NCBI GenBank assembly: GCA_046290225.1
Contig: JBKAGE010000071.1
Span: 24,327 to 88,326, forward strand
Reading direction: 5' to 3'
Origin: Bradymonadia bacterium
Lineage (GTDB): Bacteria; Myxococcota_A; Bradymonadia; UBA7976; UBA1532
Length of the DNA: 64,000 nucleotides
A program made the position numbers and the translations under genes. This document shows positions 9,768-18,937 of the stretch, piece by piece. The first letter of the stretch is position 1, and each line of letters starts with the position of its first letter. Under the pieces are notes generated by a model that was given only the letters and a program-made list of their open reading frames with translations, had not been told where the DNA came from and searched no databases.

Positions 9768-11500
9768 GTGAGAGACCCCTCGAAGGGCTCACCCTGCCCC
9801 GGTGGCTCGATCACGGCGTAGGCGGCGTTTTGGCGCTGCTGCACTTCGTGCTGGTGTGGGTCACCCTCGCCGGGACCGGGGTGCCCCGGGACGAGAGCTT
9901 CTACTTCTACGCCGCCGACAAGGCCGCGGACTGGGTCGAGGTTGCCCTCGACGACGATCCGCAGACCAGCGCCTTCGACCGCAAACACATCGATCACGGC
10001 TTCAAGTTCAACCACGAGCACCCGGTGCTCATGAAGACCCTCTTCGGGGTGAGCCATCGCTGGCTGCACGAGAAATGGGGCTGGGTGGACGATCACCGCT
10101 CGGCGTATCGCCTGCCCACGGTGATGATGGCTTCGCTGGCGGTGTGGCTCACCTATCTATTGGGCATGATGGTCGCTGGCCGAGGGGCCGGGGTGGTGGC
10201 AGGGCTGGCCCTCATCGCCATGCCCAGGGTGTTCTTTCATAGCCACCTGGCGTGCTTCGACGCCCCGGTGACCTTCATGTGGCTCGCCGTGGTCTACACC
10301 TTCGTTCGAGGGGCCCGAAGCAGGCGCTGGGGGGTCGCCAGCGGGGTGGTGCTGGGCTTGGGGCTCGCCACCAAGCTCAACATCTTCTTCCTGCCCTTCG
10401 TGCTGCTCGGCGTGGCTTTCGTCGACACGTGGAGCCATCGAAAGCGGACCGGGGCATGGCGTACCCCCAAGGGCACTCGAGGGCCGCTGACCTACTACAG
10501 CTGGATCGCCGTCTCGATGTTGATCCTCGGCCCCCTGGTGTTCCTCGCCCACTGGCCCTGGCTCTACTACGACACCATCAAGCACCTGGGCTTCTACATT
10601 GGCTTCCACGCCAAACACGTGAACTACCCTGTCGACTACTTCGGCACGCTGTACTTCGACAACCAGCCGTACCCGATGTCGCTGCCCTTCGTGCTCAGCC
10701 TGTTCACGCTGCCCGTGGTCACGTTGATCCTGGCGAAAATCGGCGGGCTCGTGGTCTTCAAGCGCGCCTGGGCTCAATGGCGACGGCCGGCAGAGTCCTT
10801 CGCGCAGTGGGGGGATCGTCGGGCTCTGGAGCTGTGTGTGCTGGTGAACCTGATGGTGCCCTTTGCCATCATCGCTTTGCCGAACACGCCCATCTTCGGC
10901 GGCATCAAGCACTGGATGCCGGCGATGCCTTTTCTGGCGGTGTGCGCCGGGGCAGGGGCCATCCGGCTGGGGCGGGGCATGTTCGCTGGCCGGCAGGCAG
11001 CCCAACAGCGTCTGCTCGGCGCTGTGGTCGGGGGCCTGATGTTGATCCCTGGCTTCTGGGCCACTCTGGCGTATCACCCCAACGGAGAGGCGTACTACAA
11101 CGCCCTCGTGGGCGGCCCGCCCGGGGCCGCGAGCCTGCGGCTGTCGAGGAACTTCTGGGGGTACAGCACCATCGACGTGCTCCCGTACCTCAACGCCCAC
11201 GCCGACAAGGGCGGGCTGGCCTTCTGGCACAACGCCACCGGTTGGGCCGTCGACGCCTACAAGCGTGATGGGTTGCTGAGGCAGGACATCCGCAACACAG
11301 GGGACTGGAGCCCGCCCTACAGTGACTGGGGTGTGTACCACGACGCTCGGGAGAAGCTGCCCGAGGAGCTCGATTTGTGGCGCGCTTACGGCACGGACTG
11401 GCCGGTGGAGGGGTCCTTTGTCGACGGGGTACAGGTCATGGGGCTGTATCACCGCTCCGAGCCTCCGAAGGTGCCTCCGGTGCCCGAAGGGGGCCGCTGA
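9764..11500 (+). CDS. Polytopic membrane glycosyltransferase, GT39/ArnT/PMT-like (dolichyl-phosphate-mannose-protein mannosyltransferase family)
   Basis: Start re-assigned to MSERPLEGLT (ATGA overlap with the upstream gene). Eleven or more predicted TM segments. An early loop has the GT39/GT83-type motif region DESFYFYAADKAA...FNHEHPVLMKTLFG. Large C-terminal periplasmic domain. Confidence 0.65.
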   Translation: MSERPLEGLTLPRWLDHGVGGVLALLHFVLVWVTLAGTGVPRDESFYFYAADKAADWVEVALDDDPQTSAFDRKHIDHGFKFNHEHPVLMKTLFGVSHRWLHEKWGWVDDHRSAYRLPTVMMASLAVWLTYLLGMMVAGRGAGVVAGLALIAMPRVFFHSHLACFDAPVTFMWLAVVYTFVRGARSRRWGVASGVVLGLGLATKLNIFFLPFVLLGVAFVDTWSHRKRTGAWRTPKGTRGPLTYYSWIAVSMLILGPLVFLAHWPWLYYDTIKHLGFYIGFHAKHVNYPVDYFGTLYFDNQPYPMSLPFVLSLFTLPVVTLILAKIGGLVVFKRAWAQWRRPAESFAQWGDRRALELCVLVNLMVPFAIIALPNTPIFGGIKHWMPAMPFLAVCAGAGAIRLGRGMFAGRQAAQQRLLGAVVGGLMLIPGFWATLAYHPNGEAYYNALVGGPPGAASLRLSRNFWGYSTIDVLPYLNAHADKGGLAFWHNATGWAVDAYKRDGLLRQDIRNTGDWSPPYSDWGVYHDAREKLPEELDLWRAYGTDWPVEGSFVDGVQVMGLYHRSEPPKVPPVPEGGR

Positions 11501-11522
11501 GCCGGAGGCGGCTCAGTATCTC

Positions 11523-12260
11523 TCAGGCACGACGGCGGCGCAGCAGCAAACCGCCGAGACCCACGAGGAGCAGCAGGCCCCCAGCGCCGGTGCGGCCAGC
11601 GGCGGTCTGACAGCCGCTGTCGTCGTCATCGCTGCCACCACCATCGACACCGCCGTCAGCACCTGTGGCGCCACCACCGACGGGCTCACCACCGGCACCG
11701 CCCTCGCCGCCACCTGCACCTGCTTCACCACCGCCACCTGCGCCGCCTTCACCTGCACCACCCACCACGAGCTCGGCGGTGGTGGTGGTCCAGTTGTCAC
11801 CGGTGATGGTGCGATCGCCGTTGGCGTTGTTCCCGGCAACGAAGAGGGTGTAGGTGCCCTCGGCGTCGGGGGCGGTCCAACGCATGGTGAAGGTGGCCTG
11901 ACCCCCAGCGAACTCTTGAGCCATGGCGTTTTGGGTCACTGTGCCCAATAGGTCACGGGTGGTCTCGCCATCACCTGCGAGCGTGCCGTCAGAGGCCGCG
12001 GCGGTGATGCCGGCCACAGCGCCGTCACCCTCGACGGTCACGGTGATGTCGATGGTCTCACCGGGGGCGATGGGATCGGCGGTGAGGGCCAGCTCCACCA
12101 GAGGGCTGGTGCCCTCGCCGTCGTGACAGCCGAGGCCCGTGGCACAGCCCATCTCGGCGACGTCGGCGCCGGGGCGGCCGGCGCTGTTGGCCTGGGCGGT
12201 GAGGGGCAGCAGGGTGCCGGCGAGGCCGGCGAGGGCGAGGGTGCGAAGCGTCGAAGGCAT
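11523..12260 (-). CDS. Secreted MYXO-CTERM protein (small beta-rich domain + Gly-rich linker)
   Basis: Start re-assigned to MPSTLRTLALAGLAGTLLPLTAQA (signal peptide). C-terminus SGCQTAAGRTGAGGLLLLVGLGGLLLRRRRA matches MYXO-CTERM. Confidence 0.7.
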   Translation of the reverse strand: MPSTLRTLALAGLAGTLLPLTAQANSAGRPGADVAEMGCATGLGCHDGEGTSPLVELALTADPIAPGETIDITVTVEGDGAVAGITAAASDGTLAGDGETTRDLLGTVTQNAMAQEFAGGQATFTMRWTAPDAEGTYTLFVAGNNANGDRTITGDNWTTTTAELVVGGAGEGGAGGGGEAGAGGGEGGAGGEPVGGGATGADGGVDGGGSDDDDSGCQTAAGRTGAGGLLLLVGLGGLLLRRRRA

Positions 12261-12649
12261 GGGCTGAGAGTCTCCCGAGCGTGTGGAAAAAGAGATGGGC
12301 TCCGACCCATAGAGCGTTATGCGGAAGAAACTGACGGAGCAGGCGAAGAACATCGGCGAGAGGTCGAAGGAAGAAAGCGCAGGGAGCCTGTCTGGTCTGA
12401 GGCCAGACGCTTCGGAGCCGACAGAGGCGAAGCCGGCGGAGCGCAGAAGCGCCCGCAGGGCAGGCTCTGAAGAAGCACTGAGCATTTCTGAGTTTGAGAT
12501 CTCGTCGATGGGCAAGTCTGGTGTGGCAGTTTCTTCCTTATAACGCTCTAACGGGCGGGCGGATGATCAACTTGATGATGGCGAAGATAGGGAAGAGGGG
12601 GCAGGCGTCGCCATTTTTATGGCGAATTGTAAGCGGCTTTAAGGCGGGC

Positions 12650-13513
12650 TCAGCGCCGGCGAGCGCCGTCGCGACCGCCGCTGCGGCCACCACGACCGCC
12701 GTCACGGCCTCCGCGGCCACCGTCACGACCACCGCGGCCACCATCACGACCGCCGCGACCACCGTCACGACCTCCGCGGCGATCTCGACCGCCACCGCGA
12801 CGATCGTCGTCACGGCTGCGACGGGGGCGACGATCGTCACCGCCCTCTTCGCGGCGGGCCCGGGCGCGCTCGAGGCCGCGCTCACGGGGGTGACGCTCCT
12901 CGGCGGACTGGAAGGTCACAGGGAGGGTGTTCCGCTCTCGCAGCGCAGCCACGAGCTCAGCCTGGGTGAGGCTCTCGCCGGGGATCACCGTCACGCCGTG
13001 GCCGAGGCGGTCCAGATCACCGCCGCTGCTGCCGGCGGTGGCGGCCTTCAGGTGGGCCGCAGCGGTGTCGGCGAGGCCGTTCCAGACGTGGTGCCCCTGA
13101 CCGATGCGGGTCTCGATGGCGTCGATGCGGGGCAGGGCGTACACCTGGTCCACGAGAGCCGACTCCAGATCGCGGTGGTAGGGGTGACCCGCCATCACGA
13201 TGCCCTTGAAGTCCTTGATGCGCTCCGCCACGGCGTCAAAAGACCAGAGGCGGGGCCCGGGGGACCACTTGGCACCGAAGAAGTCGGCGTCGGCCACCTC
13301 GGGGATCAAGATCAAAGAGCCCTTCTCCAGTGCGAGCTCCACACCGGCGAAGGCCCACAGATCCTGAGCCTCGACGGCCTTGATGTAGGCCTCGGTGCGA
13401 TCGGTGCGGTTACCGTCGGTGATCACCACGCCCTCGAGCTGGGCGTCGTCGATGCGCTGAGCGAGGGCTTCGGGGCTCAGGTCTCCGGGGTTGACGTGGG
13501 GATCGATCAGCAA
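12650..13513 (-). CDS. PHP-domain phosphoesterase-like protein with C-terminal RGG/RD-rich low-complexity tail
   Basis: N-terminal LLIDPHVNPGDLSPEAL...GVVITDGNRTD resembles the PHP (polymerase/histidinol-phosphatase) motif I. C-terminal (GGRDGGRGGRD)n. Probable TTG start preceded by GGAGG. The track gives a GTG start at 13564 without an RBS. Confidence 0.55.
   Translation of the reverse strand: MLIDPHVNPGDLSPEALAQRIDDAQLEGVVITDGNRTDRTEAYIKAVEAQDLWAFAGVELALEKGSLILIPEVADADFFGAKWSPGPRLWSFDAVAERIKDFKGIVMAGHPYHRDLESALVDQVYALPRIDAIETRIGQGHHVWNGLADTAAAHLKAATAGSSGGDLDRLGHGVTVIPGESLTQAELVAALRERNTLPVTFQSAEERHPRERGLERARARREEGGDDRRPRRSRDDDRRGGGRDRRGGRDGGRGGRDGGRGGRDGGRGGRDGGRGGRSGGRDGARRR
12661..12845 (-). 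repeat. In-frame tandem ~15/18-bp repeats encoding the RGG/RDGG tail
   Basis: ccaccacgaccgccgtcacggcctccgcggccaccgtcacgaccaccgcggccaccatcacgacc... periodic on the nucleotide level. Confidence 0.7.
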
Positions 13514-13640
13514 AGGGGGCCTCCAGAGGGGTCGTGGGCCTCGGGTGCGCGGTCCTGAGGACACCGATAGGGGTACAAAATTCGCCGCAGGCTAGCAGAA
13601 AAGATGTCCGGGCGCACCACAGCTGGATATGCTCCTGTGT

Positions 13641-14435
13641 ATGCAGCATCTCAAGCGCATCGGGGTGTTCACCCGAGACAACGACGATGACGTGGACTAC
13701 CGGCTCGGGAGCATGAGCCGTCTCTTTGCTCGAGCGAGCATCGAAACGGTGGTCCTCGCAGAGACTACAGAGCCCGGTGAACTCGATCTGATCATCGCCC
13801 TCGGGGGGGATGGCACTGTGCTCCGGGCCCTGGCCACGTACCCTGGGATTCCGGTCCTCGCGGTGAACTTCGGATCCCTGGGGTTCCTCACGGCGAGCGA
13901 TCGCAACGATCTCGATCAGGTGCTCGTGCGGCTGCTCAGCGACGATGACTGGGTGGAAGAGCGGCTCACTCTTGAGGTGAACTACCGCGGTGAGGCCCAT
14001 CGCTGCGTCAACGAGCTGGTCATCAAGGGCCCCACTCAGATGATCGACGTGGCCATCACCATCAACGGCCAGACGATCCACACCGCTCGGGGAGATGGGA
14101 TCATCGTGGGCACGCCCACGGGGAGTACGGGCTACCTGTTGAGCACCGGTGCCCCCATCATCAGCCCCGACATGGACTCGATCATCCTCAAGCCCCTCAA
14201 CGAGTACAGCTTCTCCAGTCGCTCTATCCTGCTGCCAGGATCGGCGCAGATCGAGCTGAAGATCCTTGAGCAGACCCGGGCCCGGGACATCATCATGGTC
14301 ATCGATGGTGGCCCCGCCGAGGCCGTGAGCCCCGGCGAGACGTTCCAAATCAGCAAGTCGCCTGTGCCCGCCCGGCTGGTCTACTTCGAGTCGGACTACT
14401 TCTTCAGGAACCTGAAATCCCGCCTGCGCTGGTAG
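13641..14435 (+). CDS. nadK: NAD(+) kinase
   Basis: GGDGT motif (LIIALGGDGTVLRA), NELVI, DGIIVGTPTGSTGYLLSTGAPIISP. Start re-assigned to MQHLKRIGVF. Confidence 0.85.
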   Translation: MQHLKRIGVFTRDNDDDVDYRLGSMSRLFARASIETVVLAETTEPGELDLIIALGGDGTVLRALATYPGIPVLAVNFGSLGFLTASDRNDLDQVLVRLLSDDDWVEERLTLEVNYRGEAHRCVNELVIKGPTQMIDVAITINGQTIHTARGDGIIVGTPTGSTGYLLSTGAPIISPDMDSIILKPLNEYSFSSRSILLPGSAQIELKILEQTRARDIIMVIDGGPAEAVSPGETFQISKSPVPARLVYFESDYFFRNLKSRLRW

Positions 14436-14453
14436 CCCCGCCGAGGTCCATCT

Positions 14454-16322
14454 TTGTCCAGATCCCCTGAGTTGCATCAGCGTCAGGCTGAGCGTTACGC
14501 CCGCCGTCGCGCTGCGGTGGAGCGCCAGATCTCCATCATCGCCGCGGTGCGCCTGATCGCCTTCCTCGTCGCCGCGGCCTTCGGCTTTGCTGCGGTGTAC
14601 GACCGTGAGCCCTGGCTCTATGGCCCTGTAGCCGCAGCAGGGCTGGCGGCCTTCGCTGTCGCGGTGTGGATGCACCGACGCCCATATGCCCTCAAGCCAC
14701 GCCTTGTGGCCCTGGAGAAGGTGCACCGCGCCGCCGCCGCCCGCCTCGACGGACGCTGGGCCGAGCTCGACGACACGGGGGCAGAGTTTCTCGACGAGGG
14801 CCGGCCCGATCTCGGGGAGCTGCAGGTCTTCGGCGTGGGATCGCTTTATCAGCTCATCGGTCGGGTGCGGACCCCCCTGGCACGGCGGCGTCTCGCCAGG
14901 GCCCTGAGCGAGGGAGAATCGCTCGACGACATCGCTGCTCGCCAGCAGGCCGCCGCGGAGCTGGCCCCCCTCACCACCTTTCGGCATCGGCTCGAAGCAG
15001 AGGCGTTGAGCGTCGGGGTAGACGAAGCGCAGCTCGATCGGTTCCTCACCTGGGCCGAGGCCTCGCCGGCGCCATCGTGGCTCGACAAGGTGCGGTGGCT
15101 GCCCTGGGTGACCGTGCCGGCGACTTGGGTACTGCTCACGCTGGCGCTGAGCTTCGATCTGCAGGTGCCGTGGCAGGTGCCTGTGGTCCTGCAGTGCATC
15201 ATCTATGGCGCCACCACCCTCAAGCTCGGGGGCTGGTACGGCGATCTGGTGGCCGACGAGAAGTACCAGCCCTTCGTGGCCCTCGGGCGCCTCTTCAGGC
15301 TCGTGGAGCGCCGCCGATTCACCGATCCGCAGCTGGTGGATCTTCAACGCCGGCTGGCGAACACTGAAGGCGGCAAGGCGGTGCAGCCCTCACAGGCTGT
15401 GGCCCGTCTCGAAGGCATCATCGCTGGTCTCGCCAGCCGTCAGAACGCCCTGATGTTCTTCGTCTTCAACGTGCTCGGGCTGTGGGAGATCATCTACGCC
15501 CATCGGCTGGAGCGCTGGCGCTCGGAGCACGGCCGCATGCTGCGCGGGCGCCTGGAGGTGCTCGCCGATCTCGAGGCCATCGCCGCCCTCGGCGGGTTCG
15601 CCTGGGATCACCCCGAGTATTGTCGACCCACGGTGAAGGCTGAAGGTACTCCGGTCTTCGAGGCCACGGCCATGGGGCACCCGCTCATCCCGGCGAAGGT
15701 ACGCCGCTGCAATGACTTTACGATGCCCTCTGGTGGCCGGCTGGTGCTCATCACTGGCAGCAACATGAGCGGCAAGAGCTCTTTCCTGCGCACTGTGGGT
15801 GTGAACGCCCTGCTGGCCAGAGCCGCTGCGGTCTGCTGTGCCGAGTCATTGCAGGTGGTGGCCCCCTCGGCGAGTACCAGCATCCAGGTCACCGATGCTC
15901 CAGAGCTGGGCCTGAGCCTGTTCTATGCCGAGGTGAAGCGCATCAAGCGCATCCTCGACGAGGTGCAAGGCGCTCAAGAAGACGGGGCGCGGGCGCCGAG
16001 GCTTTATCTCGTGGACGAGATGCTCCGGGGCACCAACAGCAAGGAGCGCAACCTCGCCACCCTCGCCGTGGCCCGCTCGCTGCTCGCCGCCACCCGCAGC
16101 TACGGTCTCATCACCACCCACGATCTCTCGTTGGTACGACTCGCGGAGCAGTTCCCCGATCGCGTGGAGGTGTATCACTTCACCGATCGTGTGGAGGGCA
16201 AGGCTCTGCAGTTCGACTACCGGTTGCGTCGAGGGGTCTCCACCACCACCAACGCCCTCGATCTGTTGCGGGCAGAAGGCATCGACGTCGCCGAGGACGA
16301 TCCGCTCGCCGGTGAGGGCTGA
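14454..16322 (+). CDS. MutS-family ATPase (MutS domain V only) with N-terminal transmembrane region
   Basis: C-terminal half has Walker A LVLITGSNMSGKSSFLRTVG, DEMLRGTNSKER (Walker B / MutS signature-like) and TTHDLSL. N-terminal ~250 aa contains several hydrophobic helices. Sits 19 bp downstream of nadK. Confidence 0.7.
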   Translation: MSRSPELHQRQAERYARRRAAVERQISIIAAVRLIAFLVAAAFGFAAVYDREPWLYGPVAAAGLAAFAVAVWMHRRPYALKPRLVALEKVHRAAAARLDGRWAELDDTGAEFLDEGRPDLGELQVFGVGSLYQLIGRVRTPLARRRLARALSEGESLDDIAARQQAAAELAPLTTFRHRLEAEALSVGVDEAQLDRFLTWAEASPAPSWLDKVRWLPWVTVPATWVLLTLALSFDLQVPWQVPVVLQCIIYGATTLKLGGWYGDLVADEKYQPFVALGRLFRLVERRRFTDPQLVDLQRRLANTEGGKAVQPSQAVARLEGIIAGLASRQNALMFFVFNVLGLWEIIYAHRLERWRSEHGRMLRGRLEVLADLEAIAALGGFAWDHPEYCRPTVKAEGTPVFEATAMGHPLIPAKVRRCNDFTMPSGGRLVLITGSNMSGKSSFLRTVGVNALLARAAAVCCAESLQVVAPSASTSIQVTDAPELGLSLFYAEVKRIKRILDEVQGAQEDGARAPRLYLVDEMLRGTNSKERNLATLAVARSLLAATRSYGLITTHDLSLVRLAEQFPDRVEVYHFTDRVEGKALQFDYRLRRGVSTTTNALDLLRAEGIDVAEDDPLAGEG

Positions 16323-16336
16323 GCGTTGAGATCACC

Positions 16337-16957
16337 TCAGCCTGTGGCGCCGCTGGCCCGCTCCCGGAACTGAATCCGCTCTTCTTTGGTGAGTATGCGT
16401 GGCTCAGCCACGAGGCTGCCGTCGGCGTTGCGGATCGGCGACGGCTTCGCCCGGCCAGCGAGCTTGTGCCGGGCGAGCATCATGGCCGACTTGAAGAGGA
16501 CCCCCTTGGGCATGCCGGGGTGTGCGTCTTCAGGGCAGCCTCCCCGGGCCTTGCTCGCGTTCACCTTGCCCAGGATCGGGCCCGTCTTGGCGTGGGCGTC
16601 AGGGTCGTCGATGATGCTGTGGATCAGCCCCAGGAAAGGCATCCCGGGCTTGTCCAGCGCGTTGCCGACGGGGGTGTGGCAGCTGCTGCAGTACCACCGC
16701 AGGGGCCCCTTGGGTGAGAGCCGCATGCAGGCGAGCTTGTCTTCACCTTGGGTGAACTTCACCTGAGCGGGCGACACCTGCAGTACCTCGGTGCCTCCAC
16801 GCTCGTCGAGCACGTCTGGGCGCTCCAGGGCATAAGCGTAGGTCTGGCAGTCGATGCAGTAGCAGACGAGGCGGCCGGCGGTCTTGGGGGTGATGAGCTC
16901 CGCGGTGCCTTCGATGGCGCCGCACTTGCATTTCAGAGACAGGGTGTGGGCGGTCAT
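16337..16957 (-). CDS. GFA/CENP-V-like zinc-binding Cys-rich protein
   Basis: CKCGAIEG...CYCIDCQ...WYCSSCHTPVG spacing resembles the glutathione-dependent formaldehyde-activating (GFA) family Zn sites. Confidence 0.5.
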   Translation of the reverse strand: MTAHTLSLKCKCGAIEGTAELITPKTAGRLVCYCIDCQTYAYALERPDVLDERGGTEVLQVSPAQVKFTQGEDKLACMRLSPKGPLRWYCSSCHTPVGNALDKPGMPFLGLIHSIIDDPDAHAKTGPILGKVNASKARGGCPEDAHPGMPKGVLFKSAMMLARHKLAGRAKPSPIRNADGSLVAEPRILTKEERIQFRERASGATG

Positions 16958-16996
16958 GCTTTGCCTGATGGGGTGAGTGTTTCGAAACTGTAGGGA

Positions 16997-18658
16997 TCAG
17001 CGCGTTTCAACGAGGGCGCGCTGCAGAATTGCGCCAGTGTCGGTGCCCGCTGGCAGGTTGCCGAAGGCGCCTCCGCGCTGCCCGCCCAGGCGAGCACCAC
17101 AGAAAGCTTCGGCCACTGCCGTGGGCCCGAGCCGCGTCAACAACGCCCCCTGATACGCGAGAACCAGCTGCTCTGCTACATGGCGTGCACGGAACTCGAG
17201 GCTCGCAGGATCTGCAAAGTGTCCTTTGAGCCCATCAAGGGCCATGTCGAGCCGAGCGTCTCCGCCGCGGGCTTTCTCCAGCTCTGCGAAGATCAGCCCC
17301 AGGGCATCGGGTGTGCGTTGAATTGCCCGGAGCACGTCGAGGCACATCACATTGCCCGAGCCTTCCCAAATCGAGTTGAGCGGCATCTCTCGATACAACG
17401 CCGCCATGGGGCCGTCTTCCACGTAACCGTTCCCGCCGAAGACCTCCATGGCCTCCGCGGCCACCATGGGTCCGCGCTTGCAGATCCAGTACTTCGCAGC
17501 GGGGGTCATCACGCGACACAGCGCGCCGGCGAGGCCATCGTCGCCCTCGCGGGTGCGGGCGTCGAATGCCGCGGCGAGGTGCAGAGCGAGCATCTGCGCC
17601 GCCTCGGCCTCTACAGCGAGATCGGCGAGCACGTTGGCCATGAGCGGCTGATCGATGAGGGCCTTGCCAAAGGCATGGCGATGGCGTGCATGGTGCACTG
17701 CACGTGTCACCGCCTGCCGTGTGGCCCCTGCGGAGCCCAGGCAGCAGTCGAGGCGGGTGTAGGTTGCCATCTCGATGATGGTGCGTACCCCCTTGCCCTC
17801 GGGGCCCACGGGCCAGGCCAGGGCGTTGTGGAACTCCACCTCGCTCGAGGCGTTCGAGCGGTTGCCCAGCTTGTTCTTGAGGCGCTGGAACCTGAGCGCG
17901 TTGGGCTGGCCGTCGGGGGTGAAGCGGGGGAGCAGGAAGCAGCTGATGCCCTTGGGGGCTTGAGCCAGGATCAGCCACGCGTCGCACTGGGGCGCCGAGA
18001 AGAACCACTTGTGCCCCACGATGGTGTAGCTGCCGTCGGCGTTGGGCGTGGCCCGCGTGCTGTTGGCGCGCACGTCGGAGCCGCCCTGCTTTTCTGTCAT
18101 GCCCATGCCCATGATCACGCCTGCCTTGCCTTCGGCGGGCATGAACCGAGGATCGTAATCGGTGCTCAGCAACTTGGGCATCCAGGCTTCGGCCACCTCC
18201 GGGTGGTTCTGAAGAACCGGTACGACGCCATAGGTCATGGTGATGGGGCACTGATGACCAGGCTCCACCTGAGAGAGCATCATGGCCTTCGCCGCACGGG
18301 CCACGTGAGCTCCGGGCTTTGGATCGGCCCATGGCCCGGTGTGCACCCCCTCGCTGACGCTGAGACCCATGAAGGTGTGCCAGGCAGGGTGGAACTCCAC
18401 CTGATCGCGTCTGCGCCCCTGAGCGTCGAATGTGTGAAGCACCGGTGGATAGAGGTGGGCGAGGTGACCCTGGTGGAACATCTCGGCGGTGCCCGCCCGG
18501 GCGCCGAGGGCGGTGAGGTCTTCCAGCGCCCACTCGGCACCGTTGAGCTTCACCGCTTCGACGAGGCCAGGATCGTTGGTGAACAGATTGTAGTCCCCGA
18601 GAGCCGGAGGCTGATTCTGAACTTCATGGGTCGAAAAAGGGTGCAAGGGGGACGACAT
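16997..18658 (-). CDS. Acyl-CoA dehydrogenase family protein, AidB-like
   Basis: Length (553 aa) and blocks (MGMTEKQGGSDV, FFSAPQCDAWLILAQ, EVFGGNGYVEDGPMAALYREMPLNSIWEGSGNVMCLDVLR) match the AidB/ACAD fold. Long antisense ORFs on the plus strand were rejected. Confidence 0.8.
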   Translation of the reverse strand: MSSPLHPFSTHEVQNQPPALGDYNLFTNDPGLVEAVKLNGAEWALEDLTALGARAGTAEMFHQGHLAHLYPPVLHTFDAQGRRRDQVEFHPAWHTFMGLSVSEGVHTGPWADPKPGAHVARAAKAMMLSQVEPGHQCPITMTYGVVPVLQNHPEVAEAWMPKLLSTDYDPRFMPAEGKAGVIMGMGMTEKQGGSDVRANSTRATPNADGSYTIVGHKWFFSAPQCDAWLILAQAPKGISCFLLPRFTPDGQPNALRFQRLKNKLGNRSNASSEVEFHNALAWPVGPEGKGVRTIIEMATYTRLDCCLGSAGATRQAVTRAVHHARHRHAFGKALIDQPLMANVLADLAVEAEAAQMLALHLAAAFDARTREGDDGLAGALCRVMTPAAKYWICKRGPMVAAEAMEVFGGNGYVEDGPMAALYREMPLNSIWEGSGNVMCLDVLRAIQRTPDALGLIFAELEKARGGDARLDMALDGLKGHFADPASLEFRARHVAEQLVLAYQGALLTRLGPTAVAEAFCGARLGGQRGGAFGNLPAGTDTGAILQRALVETR

Positions 18659-18937
18659 GAAACACCTCGATTCTCACTCGATGGCAAGACGTTGGGCTGT
18701 TTCGGGTTCCATGGCAAGGGGCGATTACTCAGGAAGGACTTCCGCGCCGCGGTGGAGCAGATGTGGTGATGCGCCACACTGTAGAGATGCCCTACAGCGA
18801 GGGTGTGGAGAAACACAACAGACCCACACCTGATGATGTGTATGTAGTACTGCAAGGTGCTGAAAATATTAGATGCCAGGTTCAGGCACGCCCCCTGCTC
18901 AAGGGCATGGCCGACTCTTCAACCCAAGGAGCCTGCC

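Noticed and set aside
10157-11452. 431-aa minus-strand ORF and other ORFs 9802-11268
   Set aside because: Overlap the GT39 glycosyltransferase, whose plus frame has coherent TM topology. These are high-GC shadow ORFs.
13410-15347. 645-aa minus-strand ORF
   Set aside because: Antisense to nadK and the MutS-like gene, both of which have unmistakable motifs on the plus strand.
17180-18769. 529-aa plus-strand ORF and 17235-18533 minus alternative frame
   Set aside because: The AidB-like acyl-CoA dehydrogenase frame (16997-18658, -) is the only one with family motifs. The others are Arg/Gly-rich shadows.
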